34,966 bases of DNA from Oopsacas minuta. Taxonomy: Eukaryota; Animalia; Porifera. A program made the translations under genes and the position numbers. Of the stretch, positions 22,440 through 33,721 are shown piece by piece; within the stretch, counting starts at the first letter, position 1; every line of letters begins with the position of its first letter. The stretch lies in NCBI GenBank assembly GCA_024704765.1, contig JAKMXF010000302.1, forward strand, positions 560,115-595,080, in the 5' to 3' direction. The notes under the pieces are model-generated. The model was not told where the DNA came from. It saw only the letters and a program-made list of their open reading frames with translations, and ran no database searches.

Positions 22440-22985
22440 TATTAATCACTTATTTTCTTCCTCTCTCTATATTACTAGAGTATTGCTATTACTATCTAAT
22501 ATTTTTATAGCATCTATTCCCATAATTATGTTCTTTATATCTTATAATGCTAGACTGCAAGAATTCAATACTCTTACAACTAGAGGTAGTCAATATCATA
22601 TATTTAATAGACGTAATTTGGCTAGTAGACGAATATTGAAAATTTGTTATTACGACACTATTAACTCAATTGGTGCTGTCGATAGCGTAGAAAAAGACTT
22701 AGTCATTCATTTATACATAGAATTTTCACACTTTCTGACTTCAATATTTATTGTGTCGGCCACAGTTGACCACTTAAGCGTCACGCAACAACTTGTATAA
22801 ACAGTGGCTTAGTTATGTGAGTAATCATGTTAATGAACTGACATTATACTACTAATTCCTCGACAATTCATTCACTGATTATAGTCTTGGAGGAATTTCC
22901 AAATTGTTTAGTATCTACTTGATTATTAATTCCTATTTATCATAGATGACATTGTATAACTCTTGTTTTGAATTAGAACAATCCA

Positions 22986-24505
22986 ATGTTTAGGACATCT
23001 AATATAATTGGTGAAACAAGAAACGTTAGGCATACTTCAAGACTCGAATTATAGTTTGGAACACAAATTTCTGTGGGTAAAGGAGGTCATGGTGTGGTCG
23101 TGAGAGCTATAAATAATCTGGATAATAGTGAGTATGCGAATAAAAAGATTGAATTGAGGGGGAATCTACAAGAATTTCTGAGAGAAGTGCAGTTGTTAGC
23201 CAAGTTGAGTCATGAAAATGTGATTAGATACTATTGTGTCTGGTTAGATTACGAAATTGATAAAAAAGAGGATGCTGGAAATGGTACTAGCGAAATCGAA
23301 TGCACTGCTTGTGAGACCGAATCTGCCTCTTCAGTATCTAAAATGTCTAATCTAGGACATGAAGATGATTCCAACGACACAGGACTAACTAGATGCCTAA
23401 GTAGGAACTCCAGTATATACTATGACGATTCTATCAAGGATCATGGTGAAGTACCATGTAATTCTGGACAAAAAGATGAGAACTCTGGTGAAACTGATTT
23501 GTTACGTTTCGCCGATAGCAACATGACGTATTCTAATGACTCAAATGGGTCCAGAGAACTCCAGTTAGCTAAGCGTCAAAAATTTGATTCTACCTCTGAT
23601 GTTGATGTCATTTTTCTACCCAAAGCATTGCCAGGATTTAGAAAAGAAATTTCACCTGTTCGGCAACACGCACCCACCCGTCAACAACCTGAAATTCGTA
23701 CTCTAGTACAAGATTCATACCCCCAACCACTAATTCCTGCTCCTCCTCTCCAGCCTGTATTACACCCTATGATGTGTATACAGCTTGAACTCTGTGAAAC
23801 AAATTTACAAGAATGGCTTAGAGAACGAAATGAAGTCTCGACAGAAATAAGTAAACTAACTGACAATGATATCTCAATTGTAGACGATTACGTCATCCAG
23901 TTTTATAAAGGTCTAAAGTATCTACACTCACAGAATTGTGTACATAGAGATATCAAACCGAGCAATATATTATTAACGGGTAATCGAAAATTATTAAAAA
24001 TTTGTGATTTCGGAATTTCAAAGGAAATTGTCAATGATAGTGAAAGTTTTGTGAGATCTTCTAGGCTATCAAATAGTAGTTCTGTGCATACAACCAAGCT
24101 CGGCTCACGACTGTATGCCTCTCCAGAACAGCTGATCTCTAGTCACTACTCTTTTAAGACTGATATTTTCAGTTCTTCCCTCGCTTTCCTGTAGTACTAT
24201 TTTACCCCTTCACAACAGACATTGAAAAGTGTAATATCCTCAGTGGTGTTAGAGAGAGCAAGATTCCAACAGAATTTCTAGAAACCTTTCCATTTCAATC
24301 CTCTCTCATTTTAGAAATGGTGAATTTGACTTGGCATGATCGGCCGGATGCAGCCATGGTATTGAATAGATTATTAAAAAAGAGTAAATATGCAGCTAAA
24401 GAAGTTTTACTACTGAAAAAACAAATTGGTGAATTGGAAGCGAAGATAGAATCCATCAAAATAATGCTTAGACTTACTGGTCATCCATTGGAGATTGAGT
24501 CGTAA
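22986..24505 (+). pseudogene. EIF2AK1: eIF2-alpha kinase (HRI-like), intronless across the kinase domain, disrupted
   Basis: Reads TSRLEL*F...GKGGHGVV...NNLDNSEYANKKI, LREVQLLAKLSHENVIRYY, a long acidic kinase insert, CIQLELCETNLQEWLRERN, HRDIKPSN, DFG and YASPEQL. It then shifts frame to FYPFTTDIEK...DRPDA plus a C-terminal coiled coil. TAG is at 23052-23054, and a TAG/frameshift at ~24192-24200. Family assignment is firm; the HRI subfamily call is moderate. Confidence 0.85.
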
Positions 24506-24856
24506 TTCAGAGTTTTCTCTTTGTAGGGCCCTATGGTCCGCATTAACTCTTAGCATCGATAATGCTGAATGATAATCTGGTTGGGGTCTAGGAGGTGTCG
24601 TCATTGCTAATTATACAAATAATAGTATAGTTTATCGGATGTGGACTACAGGTACCTTCCAAATTTTCAGTGTAAACCAAGATTACAGACTAAGGGGGTT
24701 GACATGACAATAGTGAAGAGAACTAATGAGCACCTACATGCCAGATAAGCAATTGGGTAACTGCTTGGAAATAAAGATTGGCCTTAAGAGAAAGGAAATT
24801 CCTCAGGGGGAATTCCCAGGACTACTAACGCAGTAGAGGCTTGGCATCGCTCATAC
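24446..24856. repeat. Right arm of ~410-bp inverted repeat pair (ends at N 24857)
   Basis: Reverse complement of 18781-19185. It overlaps the last ~20 kinase codons and ends in the MULE fragment PRTTNAVEAWHRS. Confidence 0.9.
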
Positions 24857-24857
24857 N

Positions 24858-25395
24858 TCTTTCGCACTCTTTTACAATCTTGAATACGAATCACTGCGTA
24901 TGGAATCAATATTAGCAAAGCGTACCCTAGGAAATGCAGAGATGAAAAGTATTGATGATTTATTCCTTAAACTCTTACCATTAAGGGATGCATTCCCGAC
25001 TTTGTTGAATGCTATCCAGATTTCCCTGACTATTTCCATAAGCACAGCGCAATGTGAGAGATCATTTTCAGCACTCAAAAGGATAAAGACTTATCTAAGG
25101 TCGACAATGAGTGAACAGCGGCTCACTGATCTTGCCATTATTGCAATTGAAAAAGAGCTGACGAGTCAGTATCTCTAGATGTTGTCGTTTCTAAATTCGG
25201 TGAATTACATAAAAATAGGAGAATAATTTTAGCATAAATAGATGCATGTGTTTCATTGTATTAAACAGTCACATAGATAATTGATTATCTGTTGGCAATT
25301 AGCAGTTACTGATATAATAATTCTAAGGCCTAATAAAAAGCAATTAATTTTGAGTATAGTGCCCGGGCAATCATGTTGGGCTGGCTACGCCACTG
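24858..25395 (+). mobile_element. 3' end of ZMYM1-like hAT element (dimerisation domain plus right TIR)
   Basis: LTISISTAQCERSFSALKRIKTYLRSTMSEQRLTDLAIIAIE (ORF 24900-25178), a frameshift near 25172, and the terminus GGGCTGGCTACGCCACTG. Confidence 0.9.
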
Positions 25396-25402
25396 TATGT
25401 GA

Positions 25403-27268
25403 TTATTTGTTATTATTTCTAATTAGGCAGAGAATATCTAAACTCTTGTCGCTGAGTGAACTTCTAAATTTGTTGCAAAGGTATGCACATGATGAGAAAA
25501 TCCTTTCCGCTCCTACAGAAGTAGGCTGTATTGTAAGCAGCATACGATAAACCTTCTCTTGTAAGACACCCTTTTCTCCTGTTTGTTCAGCAATGTTTAA
25601 TTCATGCTTCAGAGAAGATGATAGAGATTCATCAGATGGTTGTTGTTTTTTGGGATACTTGAAGCGAAGCATCGATTGCTAATTGTAATTTCATTGCCAC
25701 GGGAAGAGTGTTTGCCTCCTGACTTGCTGAATTTGTAATAGGTATCATATCATCTACCTCATTTACGTCTGTAACTTCATGTGTAGCTACTCTAGATAGT
25801 AGTCAGTAACAGAATGTCCTTACAATTCCTTTTTTTTCAAGCTTGGCCATCGAGTTGTGTAGATATGCCATTATTACCGAAGCCTCTATGTAACGTTCTT
25901 GAACACTCCTCTGATTAATAGCATCAATGATTCTAATATTGTATTCTGTAGCAGGATAGGTTTGAATTTCTTCAAATAAAAATTTATCGTTGCCTCAGCA
26001 ATAATGAGATTTGCCTCTCGTCTGCACAATGCCTCCACTGCTAACTTAATCGGGTCCAAAGCTTGTGCGATATTATTAATTTGTTGAAACTCCTCGTCCT
26101 TGAACTTAATGTCAATATCTAGGTCAAGTAAAGCCTTGTGAATTGATATCCTTAACTTAACGATTCTCTCTAGCATGTTCAATAGAGTGCTCCAACGAGT
26201 TCTACAATCAAGTATCAGCTGCAATCCATTAGGGTGTTTCTCTTTTACATAAGTCTGTAAAATTTCATTCTTGAGTGGAGACCTCTTGAAGAGTTTTACA
26301 ACTCGACGAACTTTATTAACTACATCACTGATGCTAGCATTTACAAGCAAGGGATTGTCTTGGTCTATTATAGCTAATCCATCTGTATCTTCCAATTCAG
26401 ACAATATTTAATCTTCTGCATCAGATTCATCAGTGTCAATTGAATAATTAGAATTTATCTCAGATGGTGTGATTTGTTTCTGATTAAATATATCATGGAT
26501 TACTAACTGAAGGACATGGGCATAACACAATTGATGAATTGTTGGTAATAATCGTCTAACTTTCTTCATCATTGAACAGCCATCAGTGGTAATAGCAATA
26601 ATATCTGACTGTAAATCTAGCTCAAAATCTTTCAGTTTCGATGATATTGTCTCAATACATTTCTCTGCAGAAAAACTTCCATGGATTCTAACCAATCCCA
26701 AATTCCAGAATATCCAACTCCGTGAACATTAAGATTCAAATACCTCCTATTTCGCATCGATGTCCATTCATCTAGGGTAATGCTGAACTTTCACCATTTG
26801 ATTTTTTCAGGATCAAATCATGTTTAATTCTTTCAGTTACATGTAGTCCATATTTCATAACTTCCTCTCTAATAGAAGTTACAGATTTTGGTAATGTATG
26901 ACCCAGAGCAGTTAGAGATTTTCTAAGGTCCTGTGATGTAATAAATATACTGAAAGGGAGTCCATCGCATGCCGTCATCCTTGCAAGTATTGCCGATAGA
27001 GTTGCATCATTGACAAATTTGTCGATAGCCTGAATTTTAGAACGTTTGGTTTGAGTGTCGTTCTCAGTTTGGGTATTTTTACGCTTTATAAGTATATCGA
27101 TTTGATGCGCTGATTTGAGATGCACGTGCAATCCTTTTGTAGCACCACCGTCACATTTCAATGTTTGTTACAAGCTTTACATTGAGCCAACTTACCACAT
27201 ACAGATTTCAGGAAATGTTTCCATATTTCTGAACCTGCAAAATTTTGAAATTTAGTACTTTCAGCCAT
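25403..27268 (-). pseudogene. hAT transposase with BED zinc finger, multiple frameshifts/stops
   Basis: Shows EIWKHF...CKAC...HLKSAH (BED), LDEWTS, ITTDG, CYAHVLQL, DCRTRWSTLLNMLER and PTSVGAERIFS, split over five ORFs. Confidence 0.92.
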
Positions 27269-27335
27269 AAACACATAGAATGTAGAATTTGTAGAAAATT
27301 TCTTAGTTATAGAATTGTATAATACTATTAGGCAT

Positions 27336-28931
27336 GAATGGCGGAAAGATGGTCGCGGGGAAAATTGGTCGCGGAAAAATGGTCGCAAGGAAAATTGGTC
27401 GCGGGGAATGTAATTTAATTAGCACTGTAATGTATTGTATTGATTGTAGACTGTAATTCTATTGGTCAATACATTCTATTATATATTTATATACTGATTT
27501 ATCATATAATTAATCATATTTTACACCTTTTGGTGAACTTTTCAAAAAATATCTAACAATATTAGTAAAATTCAATTTTATCTTTCTTTGCTTAGTGGAT
27601 ATTTAGTTGAACAACATTGTTTCAATAATCCACTAAAATTAATTTGGGAATATTTATGTCGGCACAGACCGTGATTTGAGATTTGTTTTTTGTGTTGAGT
27701 ACAAACACAATAGAGAGTAGAATAATGCATGAAGTAAACGATGAAGAAAAAACAATGTTGAACATAATATGCCTTAAAATTCGAAATTATAAGCAATTCC
27801 CTTCAGAAATGACAGGGTTTCCCGAGATTCATAATCGGCGAGAAGGGATAATATGTGATTAGTACGTGCAATAGTAGATTTAGAACTTTTCTTTACTTCT
27901 CCACATTCCCATTTCGCAAAAACTGCTTCTTGCATAGACTGTTCCCTTTGAAGAAACATAGAGAGTTTGCAAAAACTTGGATGCGAGCCAACTATCATTG
28001 ATTTGAAGGCATTGTGCCAACCCTCAATGCTATTATTTGTCCTTGCAAGACGACTGTTAATTCTTGTGTGAAGATTCCAAATTCTAATTGGGAATATTGG
28101 CGTTCTTCTAGTCATATCGGGCAATACTTTTCCTATATATGTTTTTTCAAAATACTTAGCTATTTCTATAGCCTCTTCAGGAAATTGTTGCATTAAAATA
28201 ATGAAACAATCGATAACGTCGATTTCTGGAACAAACGCCAAACTAGCAAGCATCCTAATTCTAATAGCGAAATCATTATCCTCGTGATATCGTACAACCA
28301 ATCCTTGTTCTTGAACGTGTCTGAATATATTTTGGGAGAGGTGAAAAAAGCATCCGTGATAACAGAAATAAAATTCTCCTCAAGTGCATTAAGTGCGCCC
28401 TTTTCAAAATCGATCATAATCGTACAAGGGTTTAAAGATGGCTCTATTTCTAATAATTTCTTAAACAGTCTGTCATAAATTTCTTCGGTTTTATTTGAAA
28501 GCAGCGCATAAATGCAAGGGAAAAATTACTCCATCTTTTTCTGCATGGATAGTATATAGTTGTGTAAACATAGCTGGAACGACACTAAATGTTCCGTCGC
28601 ATTTTTGTTGCTCTTGATCCGTTCAATAATCAATTCAGACGCCATAAGTGGAATCGAAGTAAGGTAAAGTTAATATGAAAATGTGAATTCTAACTACAAA
28701 AACCCGTTATGTTTTCCTTTAATAACCAAATGGTATGGTGTCTAAACTAAATATGTGGTCGTTGAGACAATAACGAAGTTAAACAAAAGTGACATAATAA
28801 TAACAACGAGACGAATATAAGACCAATTTATCTTTAACACTATAATTTCTGCGACCAATTTTCCTTGCGACGAAATTTCCGCGACCATTTTTCCGCGACC
28901 AATTTTCCCCGCGACCATCTTTCCGTCAACG
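27336..28931 (-). mobile_element. Internally deleted Mutator-like element (MULE)
   Basis: ~70-bp TIRs G(G/A)CGGAAAGATGGTCGCGGGGAAAATTGGTCGCG... are built of tandem GGTCGC units. The 9-bp TSD is ATTAGGCAT (27327-27335) / ATTGGGCAT (28932-28940), and the outer 4 bp mismatch. Confidence 0.85.
27774..28602 (-). pseudogene. MULE transposase, catalytic and C-terminal part, frameshifted
   Basis: Reads CDGTF..P.MFTQLYTIH, IYALLSNKTEEIY, MIDFEKGALNA, GCFFHLSQ, LAFVPE, YFEKTYIG and RTNNSIEGWHN. Frameshifts lie near 28520 and 28355. Confidence 0.92.
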
Positions 28932-29443
28932 ATTGGGCATAATATATATGGAATCTTCAAGTCATTGTTTGCTAAATTATAAATTTGTGACGACTACGAA
29001 CACAAAGATTATTATTGATTCATTGAACACTGAATCCAAAATATGTTGATAAAAGGTTATCACTAATCTATATTGTTTGTCTAGACTCTAGGAAACCTTC
29101 TTTGAAATCATACAAGCAAACCTGTCCCATTCTTTGACTAAAAATATATGCTATTGCAATTAAGTTCGGAATCCCGGGATTGAAAATCGGGATCGGGATT
29201 AAGAAAAAAATCCCGGAGGTAAAATTGACCGGGATCCCGGGATTGTAAGCCCTACATATAATATCTTTATCTTTGCCAAAACAAGGGAAAACGACCGCAT
29301 AGTTTACAAGAATAGCTAAGCTCGTTATATTTACTTATCGATTTAGAAGTATCAACAGAGTGGATTTCTTATCCGTGCATTTTCTGACACTCCAGAAGGA
29401 TTACGAAAAATGGCATTGAATACATCTAAACATCTACTTAGAC

Positions 29444-30240
29444 CAGGGGTTTTCAACCTAGGGGTCGTGACCCTCAGGGGGATCGCGAAAAGTTCAGATA
29501 ATTTACATAACATCATTAAAATTTACCTATTAATAAGTCAAAAATGGTTTAAATTATCAATTTTTAGCTGAATTTAATATACATTGTGCGTGTATTGCGT
29601 GTGTATTGCTATGTGCAATGTACATGCTATATACGCGCGCAATGTGCTTTCAGCTCATGTACAATGGTTTTAATTACGTATATATGACATTGTTATTGTA
29701 TTTTATAACAATACTGGCATCTTATCCATTGGAACTTGAGGTGGCTAGATTTAATTTAAACAATAGAAAACATTAGGAATCATTTCAATACTGATAATAC
29801 ATGGATATTTTACAAGTTAAATCTATAAATACTCCAATTAGGTATATTTTGTTTACTTATATCCCTTGACATTTCTCATTTTATCTTCGTACTTCAATTT
29901 TACGAAATCCAGCTTTCAAAAACCACTGTTAAGATGGCTGGAAAAAGCAACATTAAAAAGCGAACTTACTCCGAAGGCTATTTAAAATTGTTGAACATGA
30001 TTTAAAATCCTGTCTTTCTAAAACTGAGCCAAGAATTTCTCAACTTGTTGAAAGAAAACAGTTTCAACCTTCACATTAAGCATATAAATGAAAAATTTCA
30101 TTCATAATTATGTATGTATGATTGTATGTCATATTAAGTACAAGCTCTAATATAAAATTTCATTTCGTTATTAGGGGAGTCGTGAGTATTTCCCACATCT
30201 ATAAGTGGGGGCGTAAGGTGCAAAAGGTTGAAAACCCCTG
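29444..30240 (+). mobile_element. Non-autonomous Buster/Charlie-type hAT (797 bp)
   Basis: Perfect 16-bp TIRs CAGGGGTTTTCAACCT and a perfect 8-bp TSD ACTTAGAC (29436-29443, 30241-30248). Residual N-terminal (MAGKSNIKKRTYSEGYLK) and C-terminal (DLKSCLSKTEPRISQLVERKQFQPSH*) transposase peptides abut at 29934-30079. Confidence 0.95.
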
Positions 30241-30371
30241 ACTTAGACGGACATGTTGACTGACTATTCAACTAAAACAATTCCAATTAATGCTTACACA
30301 TCATACTACAAGCTATTCAATCTTAGCTGTAACCATTTCTGGAAGATTGACAATGCAATTGCATAGTGACC

Positions 30372-30448
30372 CAGGGTTGCCATGGGAAAGGAATTTCAAT
30401 TCCCATTCCCACAGGATAACTACGATTCCCATTCCCATGGCAACCCTG
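30372..30448. mobile_element. 77-bp hAT-like mini-MITE
   Basis: Perfect 17-bp inverted termini CAGGGTTGCCATGGGAA. No 8-bp TSD is seen. Confidence 0.65.
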
Positions 30449-30689
30449 CAGCAGTACACGGGAGAAGCTGCCTTTATATACGATTGTCCACTAAAATTTC
30501 CTTTCAGAGAGAATTAGGAAGGAAGCTTTCCTCGTTGAATTTCAACTTATTTGCAGCGACTATGAAAGTTGGTATTTCGCTTGCTCTTTTACCTGTCGAT
30601 TTCCGTGATCGGATAACTTTCGTTTCTGACCTCTGTGTATTGAGAAACCTTCTGCATCCAAATTATCACTTTTCAAATCTTATATCCAT

Positions 30690-30745
30690 ACGAGCCTTTG
30701 GCTCGTCGCTTTGCGATGAACTCGCCACATTGCGCCTCGAGGTAT
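30690..30745 (-). repeat. 56-bp GC-rich triple-hairpin repeat, copy B
   Basis: Its reverse complement matches 299-354 at 48/56 positions. It contains the perfect stems TCGC-AAA-GCGA and CGAGCC-AAA-GGCTCG. Confidence 0.75.
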
Positions 30746-30813
30746 CCATTATTCTCCATTCAGGAGGATGAAATTGAGATCTTTCCCTATACCGTAACAT
30801 TAAATTACTGATA

Positions 30814-30993
30814 CAGTATATAATGGATATAGTGATATAATTGGATAGAGTGATATTATTATCCCTTAGTATTTTTCCCCATCTACATATACGCCATATA
30901 AAATTTATTGGATATAGTGATATAATGGTTATAGAGATAATTTGGCCGTAAAATTTATGCCCCCAGCGATATCACTATATCCATTATATACTG
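30814..30993. mobile_element. 180-bp Tc1/mariner-type MITE
   Basis: Perfect 25-bp TIRs CAGTATATAATGGATATAGTGATAT, TA TSD, and internal TGGATATAGTGATAT repeats. Confidence 0.9.
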
Positions 30994-31174
30994 TATTGAC
31001 ATCTAGAAAATTGACTGGAGATGTATTGGGAGCGTGCTCCCAAGAATCTCTATAACTTTATGCTACAACCTCAACTGTTAAGTTTAAATTTATTCCTTAA
31101 TAACCAAATTTTCTACAATTAAGCTGTTTAATTGATTCTATGTAAGATACATTTAATTTCTATACAATATTTAC

Positions 31175-31280
31175 CTAAGTTGACTAATTCATGAATAATG
31201 AATAATTCATTATTCACTTGGTTAAAAATGAATAAAAATGAATAATTCATGACGATTTTTCAATGAATTAGTCAACTTAG
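31175..31280. mobile_element. 106-bp palindromic MITE-like element
   Basis: Perfect 18-bp inverted termini CTAAGTTGACTAATTCAT with internal ATGAATAA repeats. No TSD is seen. Confidence 0.6.
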
Positions 31281-31673
31281 CGGTTTAGTGACTTCGGAGG
31301 AAGTTTATTTGATGCAGGTGGAGTAGTAGAAGCTAAATGAATATAAAATTATTTCTATGGTAATATCGTGATAGCTGTGAATATTTATAATTGAGATTGA
31401 TTCCGAATAATTCTATGTTTGTTACTCGTACTTACATCTGTATTGTCAGATAGACAATAGGATATTGGTATTCAAAGGATACCGCGATTATTAGGAGGAT
31501 GACAAAAGAAATGAGATAAGCTATACTATACATAACAGCATCTGTCTAGAATATACTCTTTGTTTACATGAATGATAGTCTATGAGGTTCAGAATAATTG
31601 AACTAAATAGTAATTAGAGATTAATTACTAGTTCAGGAGCGACTGTAAATTATACTCTGTACATTATATAATA

Positions 31674-32185
31674 CAGTGAAACTGCCGTTAGTGAACACCT
31701 CGCAATAGTATACACTAATTTCCGGTACCAATTTTATCAGCACATCAGTGACGTAGTCAGGGGGGGGCCATGGCCCCCCCGAAATATTTTGATGATTGAT
31801 TGCAATTTATATTTATCTATCCCAATCAGTAGAATACTCATGGGGCTATGTCCCAAAACCACTTGAAATATTGTTATCTTTGCTAATACTACAGATACAC
31901 TCACAAAACAATGTCAATCTTCCTGTTAATTTTGGCCATTTCATTTATCGCTTAGTGAATACGGCGGCTGGTGTCTAGATTATGAAATCATAGTAAAATG
32001 TGTTTACAGTGACTTTAATACTTACAAGAGCGGACCTTCGAAATTTGTACTTCTTATTCAGAGTACGTATTAACCGGAGCAAAATCAATTGAATAACCAT
32101 TGTAGGGACTTGATTTTGTGTAAATATTTGTTCGTATTATACAGAAATTCGTACTAACCGTGTTCGTACTAACGAGGTTCTACTG
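31674..32185. mobile_element. Cluster of unpaired transposon termini
   Basis: TA|CAGTGAAACTGCCGTTAGTGAACACC at 31674, hAT-like CAGTGACGTAGTCAGGGGGGGGCCATGGCCCCCCC at 31746, and pogo-like ...TTCGTACTAACGAGGTTCTACTG|TA ending at 32185. Confidence 0.55.
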
Positions 32186-32901
32186 TAACTCATTTGGCAG
32201 CAGCACTGATCGAAGGAAGGCGAAAGGATGGCACCAGTGTGTCGAATCGAATATCTTATCTATATTATTAAAACTCAATTATTGTGGGGGATTGTGTTTG
32301 TTTCTTTGTTTGTTTGTCCACTTTCTATTATAATGGTAGGGGAAGATGATCTGCGTATATAATATAGGGAATAACACATCCTTCTGTTGACGATATAGGA
32401 AAGGTAAACTATTACATTGGGGTAATCAAGTATGCTGATTTCGATTTTCATACTTTCGAATTAACCATATGTAAATTTATTTGTTGTTTTATGAATATAA
32501 AGAAAACATTTAATTTAAGTCTCGAAATATACTTAGAGACCTGCTCTCAACAGACATATAGGGCTAATCAAGTACACTAAATTAAAATATACGTAAAATA
32601 TACCTAGAGACTGGCTCTTATCGGCTATACATGGGTATCAAAGGATGCTGAATCCGAACTTCAACACATTGAATTTCAATACATCAATACAGGAGGAAAC
32701 TGACACTGAGGATTCATTATGAACAGCTGAGAGCCATTAGTAGGGAATAGCTGCTTTGAGAAAGGAGACATAATCTGTGAGTGATTTTGAGGAATATAGT
32801 GATTTGTTGGTACTGACTGGCACTTTTGTTGTGACATTAATTATCGTTATTATCTGAATTATTCTAATACTTTTTATAAGATACAAATCAAGAAATATAT
32901 A

Positions 32902-32972
32902 CAGTGGAACCCCGGAAATACGGTCACCCTCGGGACCGAGAAAAATGGCCGTAATTTCGGGGTGGCCGTAAT
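32902..32972 (+). mobile_element. Solo left end of mariner/pogo-type MITE
   Basis: TA|CAGTGGAACCCCGGAAATACGGTCACCCTCGGGACCGAG has the same layout as the 5691 element. Confidence 0.55.
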
Positions 32973-33158
32973 TGTGTGGGAACAATAAATAGATGAATAT
33001 AATATTTATGGAAATAGCAAGTACTGACATATTTGTTAATAAACTAACAAGGAATATTATACAGAGAAATGAACTGATAATTAGTGGCAATTAATTGATT
33101 ACAAATTTGGAGAAATAACTAACTCCGAAATTAATGTACAAATGTAATTAAGCTATAT

Positions 33159-33230
33159 CAGGGGTCGGCAACCTGCGGCTCTTTGGTCCCTCTCCACTGG
33201 CTCCTGTAGCTTCGACAAAATATTCATTAA
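33159..33230 (+). mobile_element. Solo left end of Charlie/Buster-type hAT
   Basis: CAGGGGTCGGCAACCTGCGGCTC; truncated downstream. Confidence 0.6.
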
Positions 33231-33255
33231 ACGGATGAGAACGCTATCACTTAAC

Positions 33256-33594
33256 CAGTGGCGTAGCCAGCCCAACATGATTGCCCGGGCACTATACTCA
33301 AAATTAATTGCTTTTTATTAGGCCTTAGAATTATTATATCAGTAACTGCTAATTGCCAACAGATAATCAATTATCTATGTGACTGTTTAATACAATGAAA
33401 CACATGCATCTATTTATGCTAAAATTATTCTCCTATTTTTATGTAATTCACCGAATTTAGAAACGACAACATCTAGAGATACTGACTCGTCAGCTCTTTT
33501 TCAATTGCAATAATGGCAAGATCAGTGAGCCGCTGTTCACTCATTGTCGACCTTAGATAAGTCTTTATCCTTTTGAGTGCTGAAAATGATCTCT
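33256..33594 (-). mobile_element. Inverted copy of the ZMYM1-like hAT 3' end
   Basis: Apparently identical to the reverse complement of 25057-25395, starting CAGTGGCGTAGCCAGCCC. Confidence 0.9.
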
Positions 33595-33721
33595 AAAGAT
33601 ACTCTTGTCAACTGGAGTGATAGATGGATTGATGTCCTAATTGATAAACTTGATGAAGATGGGTTCTATTTGAATGAAGATACAGCATTTGACCCTCTTC
33701 TATTTATTGCTGTCAAACTAC
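33592..33721 (+). repeat. 130-bp copy of an internal piece of ORF606
   Basis: Apparently identical to 21029-21158. It has TCT microhomology with the hAT on the left and N at 33722 on the right. Confidence 0.9.

Larger units (their letters stand above)
25396..29254 (-). mobile_element. Ac/ZBED-type hAT element, 3'-truncated, with MULE inserted in its 5' region
   Basis: The 5' terminus TAGGGCTTACAATCCCGGGATCCCGG at 29254 has subterminal CCCGGGAT repeats, and the transposase lies at 25403-27268. Linking the terminus to this transposase is an inference. Confidence 0.7.

Noticed and set aside
22429-22800. 123-aa hydrophobic ORF (similarly 32737-33090)
   Set aside because: The I/F/L/Y-rich composition is expected from AT-rich non-coding DNA. 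The start is non-ATG in the first case, the second spans a transposon end, and neither has a motif.
13794-24194. Stop-codon reassignment or selenocysteine, suggested by in-frame stops at conserved Glu/Gly/Arg positions (13794, 15319, 16861, 23052, 24192)
   Set aside because: All three stop types are involved and each is one substitution from the expected sense codon. Several come with frameshifts, and the intact genes (cyclin Y, ORF606) terminate normally with TGA. Ordinary pseudogenisation explains them.
27340-27410. Short tandem GGTCGC repeats as a CRISPR-like array
   Set aside because: There are no unique spacers or cas genes. They are the subterminal repeats of a MULE TIR mirrored at 28850-28927, in a eukaryotic context.
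30372-30448. RFX X-box-like sites (GTTGCCATGG / CCATGGCAAC) as regulatory elements
   Set aside because: They are simply the inverted termini of the mini-MITE, and no adjacent gene start was found.
30290-30771. ORFs 30290-30517 and 30382-30771
   Set aside because: They run across a mini-MITE and the hairpin repeat, so they are chance open frames.
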